Part shown: piece by piece, positions 38,796 through 48,540 of the stretch
How the letters are laid out: every line of letters starts with the position of its first letter
Numbering within the stretch: position 1 is the first letter of the stretch
The notes under the pieces: generated by a model
Seen by the model: the letters and a program-made list of their open reading frames with translations, nothing else
The model's database searches: none
What the model was told of the DNA's origin: nothing
Source: a virus
Direction: 5' to 3' (one strand)
DNA: 64,000 nt
IMG/VR virus record: IMGVR_UViG_3300024255_000004
Position numbers and translations under genes: made by a program

Positions 38796-39780
38796 AGATA
38801 GAACTGTAGAATTAGTAAAGGAAGTTAAAACTCCACAAGGAAAGAGTAAAAAATTACCATTTAAAACTAATCAAATCACTGCAGATTTTATTAATAATAG
38901 ATACGTAGTTCTTAGAGATTTTGTTCCTAAAGAAATGATTACGTTTGCAATGGATTGTTGGAAAACAGTTGAACACAATCCCGAGTGGCATGGTGCATTT
39001 TGTAAACGTGAAGACGATATCATTTTCCAATCTCCTAAAGACTCATTGGGTAAATCAGAAAGTATCTATTGTTCACCATGGGGTGTTGCAATGAACAGAT
39101 TTCTAAGAGATAAATTAAGAAGTGTATTGGACATTGATTTGGGTGAAACATATTCATTCACTAGAAAATACGACAGAGGTGCATACTTAGCTGCACATAG
39201 AGATAGACCTGCGTGTGAAATATCAACAACACTATGTTTAGATTATAAAACAGACGATGGTAGTCCATGGAGAATATGGGTTGATAATTCTAGAAACTGG
39301 GTCGATAGTGATGATGGTGGTGAAACAGGTATACAAAGACAACTTCAATTACTACCAAACAGAAAGAGAACTTCAATACCAATAGATTTAGAAGTCGGAG
39401 ACGTATTATTATACCAAGGGCCTAATGCAGTTCACTTTAGAGACTATTTAATAGGAGATTATAGTTATCATATATTTTCCCATTTCTATAATAAAGAAGG
39501 GAAGATAAGAAGTCACCCACTCGGAACTTGGCAAGGTGTTGATGACAATTTAAAACAAGTTGAAACAAGAGACACACATGACTTAACATTCATGCCAGGA
39601 ACTGCTTTAGAACACCCTTGTGTCCTTGAACATGATGGAAAACTAAGTAGATATCACATGCAAAACGATAGACCAAAAGAACTTGAAAAAGCATATCATG
39701 ACTTTATTGATTCATATGAATCAGAACAATTTGGAAAGAGAAGTGACTATGCAAATAACTATGGATTAGAAGACGAATGA
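38752..39780 (+). CDS. 2OG-Fe(II) oxygenase-like protein
   Basis: TYSFTRKY, LAAHRDRPACEISTTL, GDVLLYQG...HFR; start uncertain. Confidence 0.75.
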   Translation: MKTKEMKIVKHVPFEDRTVELVKEVKTPQGKSKKLPFKTNQITADFINNRYVVLRDFVPKEMITFAMDCWKTVEHNPEWHGAFCKREDDIIFQSPKDSLGKSESIYCSPWGVAMNRFLRDKLRSVLDIDLGETYSFTRKYDRGAYLAAHRDRPACEISTTLCLDYKTDDGSPWRIWVDNSRNWVDSDDGGETGIQRQLQLLPNRKRTSIPIDLEVGDVLLYQGPNAVHFRDYLIGDYSYHIFSHFYNKEGKIRSHPLGTWQGVDDNLKQVETRDTHDLTFMPGTALEHPCVLEHDGKLSRYHMQNDRPKELEKAYHDFIDSYESEQFGKRSDYANNYGLEDE

Positions 39781-40874
39781 CAGTATTTAATAAAAACAAA
39801 GTAGACTTCACAAAGAATAAGATATTCTTTGGAGAGGGATTGAACACTCAAAGATTTGACGAGTTCAAATATCCAATATTTGATAAACTCACTCAAACAC
39901 AATTAGGATTCTTTTGGAGACCCGAAGAAGTGTCTCTTCAAAAAGACAGAAGTGATTATCAAACACTCACTGAAGCACAAAAACATATATTTACCTCTAA
40001 TTTGAGGTATCAAACTTTACTCGACTCAGTTCAAGGTAGAGCTCCGTCCATAGCATTCTTACCATTCGTGAGTTTGCCTGAACTTGAGTCTTGTATTATT
40101 ACATGGGACTTTATGGAGACAATCCATAGTAGAAGTTATACACATATCATTAAGAACATTTATGCAAACCCTAGTGAAATCTTTGACACTATACTTGACG
40201 AAGAAGCAATCGTAAAACGTGCAGAAATGGTCACTGAAAAGTATGACGAGTTCATTGCACTTGGTCGTAGAAGATTACTTGGATTAAAGGTTGACGACTA
40301 TGACCTTTATAAAGCATTATATCTTGCACTTATATCAGTCAACATATTAGAAGGAATCAGATTCTTTGTATCCTTTGCATGTTCATTCGGATTCGGAGAA
40401 CTTAAAATGATGGAAGGAAGTGCAAAAATCATATCTCTGATTGCAAGAGACGAATCACAACACCTTGCAATATCACAACACATACTCAAAGCCTATAAGA
40501 ATCAAGAGAACGATAAGTTAATGAATAAAGTTATGAAAGATTGTGAGAAAGAAGTATATGAGTTATACGAAGATGCAGTTAAACAAGAAAAGGAATGGGC
40601 AGAGTTTCTATTTAAAGACGGGTCAATGATTGGACTAAGTGTTCCTTTACTGAGTCAATACGTAGAGTTTACTGCAAACAAAAGATTACGTGCAATAGGA
40701 CTCAATCCTATCTATGATATCTCATCAACTAACAACCCTTTACCTTGGACACAACATTGGTTCAACAGTAGAGGACTTCAGAATGCACCACAAGAGACGG
40801 AGATTGAATCCTATCTTATTGGTGGTATTAAACAAGACGTATCAGATGATACATTCTCGGACTTTAAACTATAA
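39777..40874 (+). CDS. nrdB: ribonucleotide reductase beta
   Basis: FFWRPEE, LDSVQGR, ETIHSRSY, LEGIRFF, RDESQH, APQETE. Confidence 0.97.
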   Translation: MTVFNKNKVDFTKNKIFFGEGLNTQRFDEFKYPIFDKLTQTQLGFFWRPEEVSLQKDRSDYQTLTEAQKHIFTSNLRYQTLLDSVQGRAPSIAFLPFVSLPELESCIITWDFMETIHSRSYTHIIKNIYANPSEIFDTILDEEAIVKRAEMVTEKYDEFIALGRRRLLGLKVDDYDLYKALYLALISVNILEGIRFFVSFACSFGFGELKMMEGSAKIISLIARDESQHLAISQHILKAYKNQENDKLMNKVMKDCEKEVYELYEDAVKQEKEWAEFLFKDGSMIGLSVPLLSQYVEFTANKRLRAIGLNPIYDISSTNNPLPWTQHWFNSRGLQNAPQETEIESYLIGGIKQDVSDDTFSDFKL

Positions 40875-41041
40875 TGGATGGAGTAATTTTAATTGGAATA
40901 CTTTGGTTGGCACTAGTGTCAGTAGTGTCATTTTTCTTCTTTGACGAGGGAACTAAAGGTATTGAGAAAGACCCTTATTATGGTCGTAAAACTGGAACAA
41001 TATATACTGCAAAGAAAGAAAGGAGTGAATACTTATTATGA
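40874..41041 (+). CDS. 55-aa membrane peptide (not in ORF track)
   Basis: TAATG and ATGA overlaps at both ends; N-terminal TM. Confidence 0.6.
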   Translation: MDGVILIGILWLALVSVVSFFFFDEGTKGIEKDPYYGRKTGTIYTAKKERSEYLL

Positions 41042-41262
41042 TTGAAATATTTGGAAAAACACAATGTCCTTACTGTGATAAAGCAAAAGCTTTATGTGAA
41101 CGAAAAGGATACGATTACGTTTATAAATCACTTGGTGAAGATTTCACTAGAGAAGAGATGATGGAAGCATTTCCAACTGCAAGAACCTTTCCTCAGATAA
41201 GGATAGATGGTGAAGCAATTGGTGGTTATGACAACTTTGCAGACTGGTCATCAGTAGACTAA
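41038..41262 (+). CDS. nrdC: glutaredoxin
   Basis: CPYC, TFPQI, IGGY. Confidence 0.92.
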   Translation: MIEIFGKTQCPYCDKAKALCERKGYDYVYKSLGEDFTREEMMEAFPTARTFPQIRIDGEAIGGYDNFADWSSVD

Positions 41263-41528
41263 TGAAAAAGTTTTACTTGTATCTGAATGCACCTCAAAGA
41301 CAAACTGTGCAAGATAGAAGATGGAATCACTTATTCAACAACATTGATAGAATGTATCAAGAAGTCAGAGTTTTTGTTGCTGGATTAGATTTTTATGAAC
41401 CCGAGAAAAAACACTCCCTACCCTATGCAACATTAGACGGAAAGAAAAAAAGTTATACAAACTTATATACGAAGATAATGGTTGATACAGGTAAAATAGA
41501 TGACGGATATATTCCCGAGGAGGAATAA
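41262..41528 (+). CDS. hypothetical protein
   Basis: Coupled ORF. Confidence 0.65.
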   Translation: MKKFYLYLNAPQRQTVQDRRWNHLFNNIDRMYQEVRVFVAGLDFYEPEKKHSLPYATLDGKKKSYTNLYTKIMVDTGKIDDGYIPEEE

Positions 41529-41689
41529 TGAATTACGAACAAGGATACAGGATTTATTGTCCTGCTTGCAAATCAGAGTGTGACGTATTCCATTCAATGG
41601 AATCACACCAATACGAGATAGACAACTGTCCATTCTGTGGTCATGAAATAGACGAAGACAGTAGAGAAGAGATACAAGACGAAGAATAA
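41528..41689 (+). CDS. zinc-ribbon peptide (53 aa, not in ORF track)
   Basis: CPAC...CPFCG; GGAGG RBS; coupled at both ends. Confidence 0.7.
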   Translation: MNYEQGYRIYCPACKSECDVFHSMESHQYEIDNCPFCGHEIDEDSREEIQDEE

Positions 41690-42000
41690 TGGAGATTTAC
41701 TGTAAAGACAAGAAAATGTTGAGTAAATCCATGAGTCTCGCTGAACAATTAAATATTGCAGATGAACAGGGTGTCACTGTATATATCAAACGACTACCAC
41801 CCTCATTCAAACAAAAGGGAATCATAGAATTTCCACGTCAATTCAAAGATGAGACACATATTGATATCTATATCAAATATGACTCAGAAAGATATGTGAC
41901 ACTTGCACACGAAATGGTGCATTTACGACAAGTCATAACAGACGGAGTCGTAGACGAAAACGAAGCATATACACTCGAAAAAACCCTAAAAATAGACTAA
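41689..42000 (+). CDS. HExxH metallopeptidase-like protein
   Basis: TLAHEMVHLRQ...ENEAY. Confidence 0.7.
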   Translation: MEIYCKDKKMLSKSMSLAEQLNIADEQGVTVYIKRLPPSFKQKGIIEFPRQFKDETHIDIYIKYDSERYVTLAHEMVHLRQVITDGVVDENEAYTLEKTLKID

Positions 42001-42006
42001 AAAAGC

Positions 42007-42112
42007 TTGACAATAGGTGTCACTTTTTGTTATACTATGTCTATAATGAAAAAACAAAAGATTAAGGAGAATACGATAAAGCTTGACAATGGGGTCAACT
42101 TTTTAGTATACT
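42007..42112 (+). promoter_or_regulatory. tandem sigma70-type promoters TTGACA-N18-TATACT
   Basis: 42007-42036 and 42083-42112. Confidence 0.8.
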
Positions 42113-42118
42113 AACAGT

Positions 42119-42634
42119 ATGGAAAATAAAGTAATAAAAAGAATCTTCGTTGATATGGACGGAGTATTAGCAGATTTCAACACTGGTGTTGAAAAATTGA
42201 CAGGGAGAGAATTCCCTAATACAGACGCTGGTCACAATGACTATGACGAAAGAAAAGAAGAGTTGACTAACAAAAGATTGTTCAGAAACTTACCACCTAT
42301 GCCTGATATGTATGACTTGATTGCATATGTCAGACACACTGGACTTCCTTGGGAAATCCTAACTGCAGCTGGTGTAGTCAACAGAGAATTAGTAGTGTTC
42401 GATAAGAACGAGTGGATTAGAGAATATGTCAGTCCAAGTGTTGTTGTCACTTGCACTATGACTGGTAGTCAAAAAGGTATGTTTGCAATCAAAGGGAGTG
42501 TCCTTATTGACGACAGACAAAAGAACCTTGATGCATGGGAAGAACATGGTGGGATTGGTATTTTACACACTAGTGCAGAAGATACAATCAATCAATTAAA
42601 AGAACTTAGAAAAGGAGAAATAGTATGGGATTAG
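42119..42634 (+). CDS. HAD-family 5'(3')-deoxyribonucleotidase-like protein
   Basis: FVDMDGVLADF, ILTA, K..W, LIDD...W...GGIGI. Confidence 0.85.
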   Translation: MENKVIKRIFVDMDGVLADFNTGVEKLTGREFPNTDAGHNDYDERKEELTNKRLFRNLPPMPDMYDLIAYVRHTGLPWEILTAAGVVNRELVVFDKNEWIREYVSPSVVVTCTMTGSQKGMFAIKGSVLIDDRQKNLDAWEEHGGIGILHTSAEDTINQLKELRKGEIVWD

Positions 42635-43026
42635 ATAGAATTCAAAATGGGACTGCAAGGTGGTATGTGGTTAACACTCAGAATCTTGAGGAGTATGGAA
42701 CGAACTTCCATAAGTTCAAGGGTGGTGCCGAGTATGTGATTGGATTCCACGTGGACAAACTGGTCTTTGAGGAAGATGCATTTGGTGAGGGTGAACACTC
42801 TTATTACAATTCCCCTTCACTCACTGAAGCTAGTGTTGCAGCTTTGGTCATGAAACACGTTAACAGACTGAATGGTCTGAGTGGTTCTTTTGATTATATC
42901 ACCAACATTGAAGTGATTGATTCACCTTTTAACACACCCGACCACCCAACGTGGAGAGGTGGTGCAGAGGACTTGATTGAGGAAATCGAGGACTTGAGGG
43001 AATACAATAAGAACTTAGTTGCATAA
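42625..43026 (+). CDS. hypothetical protein
   Basis: AGGAG RBS; TQNLEEYG..HKFKGG. Confidence 0.7.
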   Translation: MGLDRIQNGTARWYVVNTQNLEEYGTNFHKFKGGAEYVIGFHVDKLVFEEDAFGEGEHSYYNSPSLTEASVAALVMKHVNRLNGLSGSFDYITNIEVIDSPFNTPDHPTWRGGAEDLIEEIEDLREYNKNLVA

Positions 43027-43451
43027 TGGTAGACACATACGAGATACAAAACGTCTCTTTTGGAGACCTAACCCAAGAAGCTATACATGATATTCTAAAA
43101 GATGGGAGACTTGCCTCACACTTCTTAGAACGTCAATTAGAGATATGGTATCCACACTTGACATTTGTGGACGGAAGAGGATATGACCATGTTGACGAAG
43201 AGGGAAATCTCTATGACCAAAAGTGTTTTACTAAAGGTGGTCTTGCATTTGCACCTTCTAATATGATTGGTGGAAGTAGAAGTATCAATGAGGAAGTTGC
43301 AACAGAACACTGTAAAGACATAACTTACATTGCATGTGACATTATAGACTTTCCTACAGTCAGAGTCAAATTTGCAAAAGGTTCCGACCTTATGAAGGAA
43401 TACAAGAACTTTAAAATACCCAAATCTCAAAGAGAAAAATTCTTCTCTTAG
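43026..43451 (+). CDS. hypothetical, possible PD-(D/E)xK nuclease fold
   Basis: GYDHVD...YDQKCFT. Confidence 0.5.
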   Translation: MVDTYEIQNVSFGDLTQEAIHDILKDGRLASHFLERQLEIWYPHLTFVDGRGYDHVDEEGNLYDQKCFTKGGLAFAPSNMIGGSRSINEEVATEHCKDITYIACDIIDFPTVRVKFAKGSDLMKEYKNFKIPKSQREKFFS

Positions 43452-43470
43452 AATTCACCTATATATTACC

Positions 43471-43755
43471 ATGTTAAAGAAAATATGGTCAATCATAAAG
43501 AAATTTCCACTATGGACACTTACGTTCAGTGGGTGGTTAGTTGAATTATTCAAAAAACTCTTTACAAAAAGATACTTAGTCACTGTATCATTCAATTCAG
43601 TATATGGTGATTCAGACGATAGACAGTTTATAACCCGAAAAGTGATAATTCAGAAAGAAAAGCACTTGAAATTTAGAGACGACCATGGTAAAATAGTAGA
43701 ATACAGAAGTTCAGGTGGACTGAACTATATCATTGAGGAGTATGACGGAAAATGA
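43471..43755 (+). CDS. hypothetical protein
   Basis: ORF coupled to the DUF805 gene. Confidence 0.65.
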   Translation: MLKKIWSIIKKFPLWTLTFSGWLVELFKKLFTKRYLVTVSFNSVYGDSDDRQFITRKVIIQKEKHLKFRDDHGKIVEYRSSGGLNYIIEEYDGK

Positions 43756-44171
43756 ATATAATTGAACATTTCAAGAATAACTTGAAGACAGTGTTGGTCA
43801 CAAGAGCAACAGATTTTAACGGAAGGTCAGAGAGACCCGAATTTTGGTGGTTCTCATTATACATAAGTATAATTGCAGTATTACTAGGATTAGTAGATAA
43901 CTATGTAATAGGATTTACATTTTGGAGTATACTGGAACCATTCGGTGAAATGAACGAATGTGGAATATTAGTAGCATTGCTTTTAGTATCAACTTTTGTT
44001 CAAAGCATATCCGTCACTGCAAGAAGATTACATGACAGAGGTCGTAGTGGTTGGTGGCAGTTAATGTTTGTAGTGCCAGTATTAAACTTTATACCATTAT
44101 ATTGGTGTGTAAGAGATGCAAAAGATACTTATGCAGCTAAGAAATACAAAAACCCTTACGGAAATAGGTAA
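43752..44171 (+). CDS. DUF805 inner-membrane protein
   Basis: FNGRSERPEFWWF, ARRLHDRGRSGWW. Confidence 0.88.
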   Translation: MNIIEHFKNNLKTVLVTRATDFNGRSERPEFWWFSLYISIIAVLLGLVDNYVIGFTFWSILEPFGEMNECGILVALLLVSTFVQSISVTARRLHDRGRSGWWQLMFVVPVLNFIPLYWCVRDAKDTYAAKKYKNPYGNR

Positions 44172-44173
44172 TT

Positions 44174-44557
44174 ATGCAACAGTTTTTTATCGCAATTATT
44201 CTTGTTCTTGGATTGGGTGGTTATTGGTTATATCAAGAAAACCAAACACTCACTGCAAATAATCTAAAATTAGAATATGCAGTAGAAGAACAAAAACAAA
44301 CCATGGCAATCATGAAAGAACAATATGAGAAACAGGGTAAAGCATTACAAAACATGAGTCGAAAGAATGCAGAGATAGAATCTGAAAAAGCAGAGTATCT
44401 TGCAATCTTTAGTAGACACAATCTAGATTTACTTGCACTTAAGAAGCCAGGAATGATTGAACTCAGAATGAACGATGCAAGTAAAAAAGTTATGGAGGGA
44501 ATGGAAAATGACACAAAAGAATTATTTAATCTTGACGTGCCTAACACTACTGATTAG
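44174..44557 (+). CDS. i-spanin (Rz-like)
   Basis: N-terminal TM, coiled coil, LALKKPGMIE; overlaps a lipoprotein gene. Confidence 0.7.
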   Translation: MQQFFIAIILVLGLGGYWLYQENQTLTANNLKLEYAVEEQKQTMAIMKEQYEKQGKALQNMSRKNAEIESEKAEYLAIFSRHNLDLLALKKPGMIELRMNDASKKVMEGMENDTKELFNLDVPNTTD

Positions 44558-45050
44558 TGGTTGTTCCGTATTTGGAACAAAACAGATTGAGGTAGTATCT
44601 AAACCTATCGAAATTGATATTATGCAACCTACACTTCCAAGACCTTTGGATTTGGAAACACCACAATGGTTCGTAGTATCTGAAGCAAAGATAGTCAATC
44701 CATGTGTTAAGTCTTTATCATTTGAACCTAAGAAGTTCAATGACGAAGGTGTAGAACAACTCAAAAGACCAAAAGTATGTGAACTGGAAGAAAGAGAGAA
44801 TCCCGAGTGGCCAGTTGGATATACTTATCTTGACCAATTTATGGACGAGATGAAAAAACAGAACAATGGAGAAATCCTATTTGTTGCAACCACTATTGGT
44901 GATTACAAAGTCATGGCGGAAGACATGCAAGAACTTAAACGTTATATCAAACAACTTGGAGAAGTTGTAATTTATTATAGAAATGTGACAATGCCTAATG
45001 GAGAGAAAGGAGTAGGTGTTGGTGTGAAAAAGAATGACAAAGGAAATTAG
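44508..45050 (+). CDS. o-spanin-like lipoprotein (Rz1-like)
   Basis: Lipobox LISGC, Pro-rich stretch, ELKRYIKQL...YYR. Confidence 0.7.
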   Translation: MTQKNYLILTCLTLLISGCSVFGTKQIEVVSKPIEIDIMQPTLPRPLDLETPQWFVVSEAKIVNPCVKSLSFEPKKFNDEGVEQLKRPKVCELEERENPEWPVGYTYLDQFMDEMKKQNNGEILFVATTIGDYKVMAEDMQELKRYIKQLGEVVIYYRNVTMPNGEKGVGVGVKKNDKGN

Positions 45051-45795
45051 TTCAACCCCATTTAGTCCGATAAGAGGAAGTGTTGCACCACTTTTTGCAA
45101 TTCCTTTATATCGAGGTATCATTCCTCTAAATCATGACATGGTTGCACAATCCATTCGGAAGACTATTGAACCTCTCAGAGATAACGATAACACTCAGAC
45201 AAATTACACTACCTATTTCCATAACGATTTAAGAGAACAACAAGAACAGGAATCTTGGTTCAAAGATTTTTCAGACATAATCAAAGACACATATGTTGCA
45301 CAACAAATAGAACAATGTAATGCAGATTTCAGTAATATGTGTAGAGACGATATTCACCTCTTTGCATGGTCAAATCAATATACTGGTCACAACTACCATG
45401 AAGCACATAATCACCCAACAACATTGATAAGTGGAACATATTACGTAAAGGTTCAAAAAGACTCACAACCTATCAAATTCTTTAATCCAAATCCAGCTGC
45501 AAGTGCATTTCCAATGGGAACTCAAACACAATGGAACGTGAACGAAAACCCATACAATAATATGACTATTACAGGACATGGTTTGAATATGATGGAGGTG
45601 CATGTTCAACCTACAGAGGGTGAAGTGTTAATGTGGCCTTCATACCTATATCATACAGTTCCACAATCCCAATCTAACGACCCGAACTATGAAAGGATAT
45701 CAGTCTCTTTTAATTTAACACATAAAAGAGAATTAGAAAATAACAAAACAGGTAGAAATTTAAAGTATGATTTCTTGAGGAATGAAAATGAGTAA
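45034..45795 (+). CDS. 2OG-Fe(II) oxygenase (TIGR02466-like)
   Basis: HEAHNH, ISGTYYV, WPSYLYHTV, RISVSFN. Confidence 0.85.
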   Translation: MTKEISSTPFSPIRGSVAPLFAIPLYRGIIPLNHDMVAQSIRKTIEPLRDNDNTQTNYTTYFHNDLREQQEQESWFKDFSDIIKDTYVAQQIEQCNADFSNMCRDDIHLFAWSNQYTGHNYHEAHNHPTTLISGTYYVKVQKDSQPIKFFNPNPAASAFPMGTQTQWNVNENPYNNMTITGHGLNMMEVHVQPTEGEVLMWPSYLYHTVPQSQSNDPNYERISVSFNLTHKRELENNKTGRNLKYDFLRNENE

Positions 45796-46477
45796 AGCAT
45801 ATGCATTAGACGAAAGATTTAAACAGAGTGCAGACTGGGATATTTCCTATGATGGTTTTGCACTTACTATTGATAACTATTATGAGAATCCCGAAGAGAT
45901 ATACGAATATCTTATAAATGCAGATTATCCATTGTGGAAATACAATCCCGAAAGAAATAGTAAAAATGGTATTGAATACAATGACTGTAGAATCGTAGAA
46001 CAATTTGGACACCCAACTAGATTATATCATAATGGTCAACAAAGACTATTAGATGTCTGCAGACAATATTGGTGGAAGTTTGATTATCAGTGGGACGACA
46101 GATTTGAGGTAAATTGTTTTCAGACTAAGACACAATTTGATAAAACACTTCAACACTACCCACACATAGATTCGTCTTTCGATACACCCGACCACTTATC
46201 AACACTCAACATGTTAGTTTATCTCGACAAAGAAGAAGACGGGGGAACTGCAGTATATGAAGGAACATGGATTACCAATAACGAACAAGAATCATTATTA
46301 TATCCAGTCGAAAACGATTTTGTATTGGAGAGAGTAATACCTGCGAAGTTTAATCGTTGTGTTGTATTTCCTGGCAACAGATTGCATGGTGCATATATAA
46401 ATGACTACAATAAATACAAAGAGGATAAGTGGAGATTCTCACAAGTGACTTTCTTCCACCCAATACAACATGCCTGA
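45782..46477 (+). CDS. 2OG-Fe(II) oxygenase-like (DUF6445-like)
   Basis: IDNYYENP, PHID, LVYL..GGT, FNRCVVF..LHGA. Confidence 0.75.
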   Translation: MKMSKAYALDERFKQSADWDISYDGFALTIDNYYENPEEIYEYLINADYPLWKYNPERNSKNGIEYNDCRIVEQFGHPTRLYHNGQQRLLDVCRQYWWKFDYQWDDRFEVNCFQTKTQFDKTLQHYPHIDSSFDTPDHLSTLNMLVYLDKEEDGGTAVYEGTWITNNEQESLLYPVENDFVLERVIPAKFNRCVVFPGNRLHGAYINDYNKYKEDKWRFSQVTFFHPIQHA

Positions 46478-47141
46478 AATTGCAACATTCACAACCAACC
46501 CATATCAGAGTAAACTAGAAGAAGGCCGAGTCAAGGTTCTTCGACCTATGAAACACCATGACGTATTACCGACACTTATTATGCTAGCAGAAGAAGCATT
46601 AAGTAAAGACGATTGTGACCTAATCATATCAGAACATGAGAAATTGTCATTGTCGAAGGTAGATATCGGAGACGGAAATGTTGTCACTCCACATAATAAA
46701 GAATTATTAAACAATCAAATTCCATGGAAATATGACTTGAATAATATGCGTGTATCAGTCATTCCACAAGATACACGTGCATTCAATACAATAACAGAAA
46801 TCGTTGACAGTTTTATGCCTAAGAATGAAGACTATGGAATGATTACTTACATGACCATACAGGAATATCCAACAGGAACATTCTTTGCAACTCATACGGA
46901 CGATGCAGAGTCAAATGATACTGCAACAGTTGTCTTTACACTTAATGACACATTTGAAGGTGGAAGGTTTCAGATTAATGGTCACTCAATTGCACAACGT
47001 TTGGGTTCAATGGTTGCATTCAATAATAACACTAAGATATTACATAGTGTAGAACCTATTACAAAGGGAACTAGATATGCATTATGTATTTGGTTTTGTT
47101 CATTTGAGGAATTGACTGAAGATGATGAATCAAACACGTAA
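46470..47141 (+). CDS. 2OG-Fe(II) prolyl-hydroxylase-like oxygenase
   Basis: HTD, LNDTFEGG, HSVEPITKGTRY. Confidence 0.85.
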   Translation: MPEIATFTTNPYQSKLEEGRVKVLRPMKHHDVLPTLIMLAEEALSKDDCDLIISEHEKLSLSKVDIGDGNVVTPHNKELLNNQIPWKYDLNNMRVSVIPQDTRAFNTITEIVDSFMPKNEDYGMITYMTIQEYPTGTFFATHTDDAESNDTATVVFTLNDTFEGGRFQINGHSIAQRLGSMVAFNNNTKILHSVEPITKGTRYALCIWFCSFEELTEDDESNT

Positions 47142-47277
47142 TTGTAGTATTTGCGATAAACAAGTGAAAGTAGAAGAAATAAAATATCACACTCCACTAG
47201 GGAAACCACCAGTTTATATATTCTGTGGGCCAGAGTGTAGTTTGAAATATCATGAGGAGAAAAGAAATGCCAATTAA
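47125..47277 (+). CDS. TRASH/YHS-like metal-binding peptide (50 aa, not in ORF track)
   Basis: CSIC...YIFCGPEC. Confidence 0.55.
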   Translation: MNQTRNCSICDKQVKVEEIKYHTPLGKPPVYIFCGPECSLKYHEEKRNAN

Positions 47278-47506
47278 ATTCGGTAAGACTAGTAAACAAG
47301 TCGACAGGGGAACAAAAAAAGTCACAGTTGTTCATGAGTATATGAAGTGTCAATCTATAAAGACACTCATAGACAAATTCAACAACGAGGGAACCCAACC
47401 AAAACTTAAACGTAAAATCAGAGTAGAATTTGATAGACGAAATAAGTTAGGTTTGGATAAAGTAATCTTCATTGAAAAGGAGGAACCAAATGGCATTTTG
47501 GGATAA
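47267..47506 (+). CDS. hypothetical basic protein
   Basis: GAGGAG RBS; MPIKFGKT. Confidence 0.7.
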   Translation: MPIKFGKTSKQVDRGTKKVTVVHEYMKCQSIKTLIDKFNNEGTQPKLKRKIRVEFDRRNKLGLDKVIFIEKEEPNGILG

Positions 47507-47648
47507 ATTTACAGACTGGTTAGGATTTGAATGGGTCAGAGCAAGAGACGAGAAAGGTCGTTATGTTGCAGATGACAAATCAACACCCGACATAGACGAG
47601 TCTAAAAAGAAAGTCTATAAATCACGAACAAAGAAAACAAAAGAATAA
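47490..47648 (+). CDS. 52-aa peptide (not in ORF track)
   Basis: AGGAGG RBS; RARDEKGRYVADDKSTPD motif. Confidence 0.65.
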   Translation: MAFWDKFTDWLGFEWVRARDEKGRYVADDKSTPDIDESKKKVYKSRTKKTKE

Positions 47649-47656
47649 TTGTTCAA

Positions 47657-47729
47657 GGGGCTGTAGCTCAGTTGGGAGAGCACCTGCTTTGCAAGCAGGG
47701 GGTCGTGGGTTCGATTCCCTCCAGCTCCA
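47657..47729 (+). tRNA. tRNA-Ala(UGC), CCA not encoded
   Basis: GGGGCTG/CAGCTCC acceptor with G3:U70, CCTGC-TTTGCAA-GCAGG, GGTTCGATT. Confidence 0.95.
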
Positions 47730-47768
47730 CATTCGAGTCCTAAGACTCGAACTATACTAAATACTAAT

Positions 47769-48386
47769 ATGAAATACTATTATACCTATCGAGTTTTATT
47801 TAATAATGGTGACTATTACTTAGGCCAACACACTACTGATAATTTAGACGATGGTTATACAGGTAGTGGAAAGAAACTCAATGAGAGAACAGACCCTTTC
47901 ATATTTGATATACTAGAATACTACAATTCAGAAAAAGAATTAAACATTGCAGAGGCTGAGTTGATTGGTGATTTGTGGTGGACAGATGAGAAGTGTCTCA
48001 ATATGAAAGAAGGTGGTGTTGGTGGTTGGACTGCAGTTAATAAGACTTTAGATAGGTCTTATATGTTGACTGAAGAGTATCGTCAGACAAGAAGAGATAT
48101 TGCATTAAGATTACGAGAGGAAGGTATACTACGCACATTCACAAAAGAAGACAGTATTAAAGGAAATCTTAGGTTGAAAAAACTATATCCACAAGGAACA
48201 TTCCTAGGTAAGACACATACTGAAGAGACTAAGAAGAAGATTGGTCTGAATAGTGCAAAACACATGAAAGGTAAAGGCAATTCACAATATGGTAAAATGT
48301 GGATAACCAATGAACAGGAATCTACAAGAATCAATAAGGGTGAATCTATACCCGAAGGTTGGAGAAAAGGACGAGTTATCATATAG
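47769..48386 (+). CDS. GIY-YIG (Seg-like) homing endonuclease with NUMOD3-type motif
   Basis: YYTYRV..GDYYLGQH..DDGYTGSG, E.E.I, N...GG, GKTHTEETKKKI, YGKMWITN, GWRKGR. Confidence 0.85.
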   Translation: MKYYYTYRVLFNNGDYYLGQHTTDNLDDGYTGSGKKLNERTDPFIFDILEYYNSEKELNIAEAELIGDLWWTDEKCLNMKEGGVGGWTAVNKTLDRSYMLTEEYRQTRRDIALRLREEGILRTFTKEDSIKGNLRLKKLYPQGTFLGKTHTEETKKKIGLNSAKHMKGKGNSQYGKMWITNEQESTRINKGESIPEGWRKGRVII

Positions 48387-48475
48387 GTGGGGTGGCAGAG
48401 TGGTTGAATGCACTGGTCTTGAAAACCAGCAAGGGTGAAAGTCCTTCATGGGTTCAAATCCCATCCCCACCGCCA
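48386..48475 (+). tRNA. tRNA-Ser(UGA)
   Basis: GGTGGGG/CCCCACC, CTGGT-CTTGAAA-ACCAG, long variable arm, CCA. Confidence 0.95.
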
Positions 48476-48540
48476 AATTCATAAAACCCTCTAGTCAGAT
48501 AGGGTTATTTACTGTATAATATTCAGTTAGGAGGTATATT

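Noticed and set aside
38796-39776. Intron or homing endonuclease between nrdA and nrdB
   Set aside because: Both nrd genes are intact, and the insert has oxygenase rather than nuclease motifs
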